Below the pieces are notes generated by a model. It was not told the DNA's origin. It ran no database searches and was given only the letters and a program-made list of their open reading frames with translations. A program made the translations under genes and the position numbers. Positions 62,920 through 64,000 of a DNA stretch of 64,000 nt are shown piece after piece. Source of the stretch: Dimorphilus gyrociliatus (Eukaryota; Animalia; Annelida). The stretch spans positions 1,696,422 to 1,760,421 of the forward strand of contig CAJFCJ010000002.1 in the NCBI GenBank assembly GCA_904063045.1, written 5' to 3'. Positions within the stretch are counted from its first letter, which is position 1. Each line of letters begins with the position of its first letter.

Positions 62920-64000
62920 TCAAAACGAAAACATTGAGAAATTGTCGTTTCTTCTAATTCCCCTACCCCTACCGTAGCCACTATTACCACCTGCTCCGGC
63001 TCCTCCTGCTCCTCCCCTGCGTCTCCCATCTTTTGAACCTGCTAAACTGAGTTCATTTACAGTTCTTCGTTCATTAAATCTTTTCTCTCGTTTTCTTTCT
63101 CTCATTATAGAAAACCTATCTGCCATACTCCTCAACTGATCAGGAACTAACTGTTCAGCTTCTTCGAGAATATCTATCAATTCTGCCGCTCGGGCCCAGT
63201 CATTTCTTGTCATAAATGTGATGGATTTACCCCTTCGTCTGTGAAAGATATTTCATTGCAGTCGTTATAGAAATGACTAATGTTCTATTACCCTGCCCTG
63301 CCAGTTCTTCCTACACGATGAACGTATTCTTCAATATGACGAGGAAAGTCGTAATTCAAAACGTACCTGAGATAAAAAAAATAAGTCAGCTTTAAATGTA
63401 AAAGATGTGACTCATTTTTACTCACGATATATCTTTTATGTCTATGCCTCTGGAGGCGACGTCAGTAGCAATTAGGATTGATACATTTCCTTCCTTTAAA
63501 TCTAACAAAGCTTGCTCCCTATCACTCTGATCGCGGTCACCGTGAAGTGATTGACAGTAGATACCTTGTAAAGCAAAATCACTAGCAATGTCATCAGCCC
63601 TATTTAAAAAAAAATCATCTATAAAGTTTATAGTTTTACTGTTAATTTAAACTGACACAGTCTTCCGTCCAACAAATACAATAACTTTCTCGTCTGGCTT
63701 TCTTTCTTCATGTATAAAATTTAATAACTGTTTATAAAAAAAATTACAACAATTAACTATAAAGCAATATGAACATTTCTATTTAGTATACCAAACATCT
63801 TTTCTCATCTTCATCTATTATCCTTATTTCTTGTTCAACACTGTGAACAGCCTACTCAAAAATATTTCAAAATTAAAAAATGTTGTAGACTTTCCCATTT
63901 TTAACTTACGGCTAAATCGAGTGAACCTACAAAACATGTAACAGGATTTTTCATGTATTGTTTGGCTAATCTTCTAACATTTTCTGGCCATGTAGCGCTA
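62920..64000 (-). CDS. DDX43: DEAD-box RNA helicase DDX43-like, 3' part only
   Basis: [12 protein letters not shown]...[71 protein letters not shown]. Confidence 0.9.

Noticed and set aside
1-64000. Prokaryotic-style features (operons, CRISPR, IS elements, rRNA/tRNA) and the TTG/GTG starts shown as M in the ORF track
   Set aside because: The DNA is intron-containing animal sequence. I saw no repeat-spacer array, transposase, terminal inverted repeats or structural RNA gene; many ORF-track starts are non-ATG codons inside introns.
5226-64000. Apparent grouping of germline/meiosis genes (SASS6, SLX4IP, SPO11, DDX43)
   Set aside because: They are scattered among unrelated housekeeping genes with no shared orientation or motif; four of about 28 genes is not evidence of a cluster.

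Overview
This is eukaryotic (animal) genomic DNA, not prokaryotic. It is very AT-rich and gene-dense, with about 28 multi- or single-exon protein-coding genes, mostly ~50-70 nt GT-AG introns and short intergenic gaps. That architecture resembles a miniaturised lophotrochozoan genome such as the annelid Dimorphilus gyrociliatus (inference, not verified). Recognisable genes in order: PLC-gamma (partial), SAS-6, GRTP1-like TBC, JIP3/JIP4, EXOC8, CWF19L2, an SLX4IP-like gene with an overlapping downstream ORF, a small secreted Cys-rich precursor, APRT, PNKD-like, DGK-epsilon, a short ZYG11-like LRR gene, a C2H2 zinc-finger gene, eIF2B-alpha, SPO11, SmD1, a MIF-like gene absent from the ORF track, SLC35F, IBA57, SLC25A44, an orphan ORF, a degenerate FAM151/menorin-like gene, importin-13, three PLAC8/cornifelin paralogues and DDX43 (partial). 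I saw no rRNA, tRNA, CRISPR array or intact transposon. The best leads are: (1) an SLX4IP-like CDS whose stop overlaps, out of frame, a ~420-aa ORF ending in a PWWP3A/MUM1-like helical domain; (2) a secreted precursor with two tandem C-x14-C-x7-CxCxC modules separated by KR; (3) convergent EIF2B1 and SPO11 whose stop codons interlock in one palindrome; (4) an 18-nt JIP3 microexon and a candidate alternative last exon. Exon boundaries were read by hand from splice signals and reading-frame phase, and homology calls are from remembered sequences, so all need RNA-seq/HMM confirmation.
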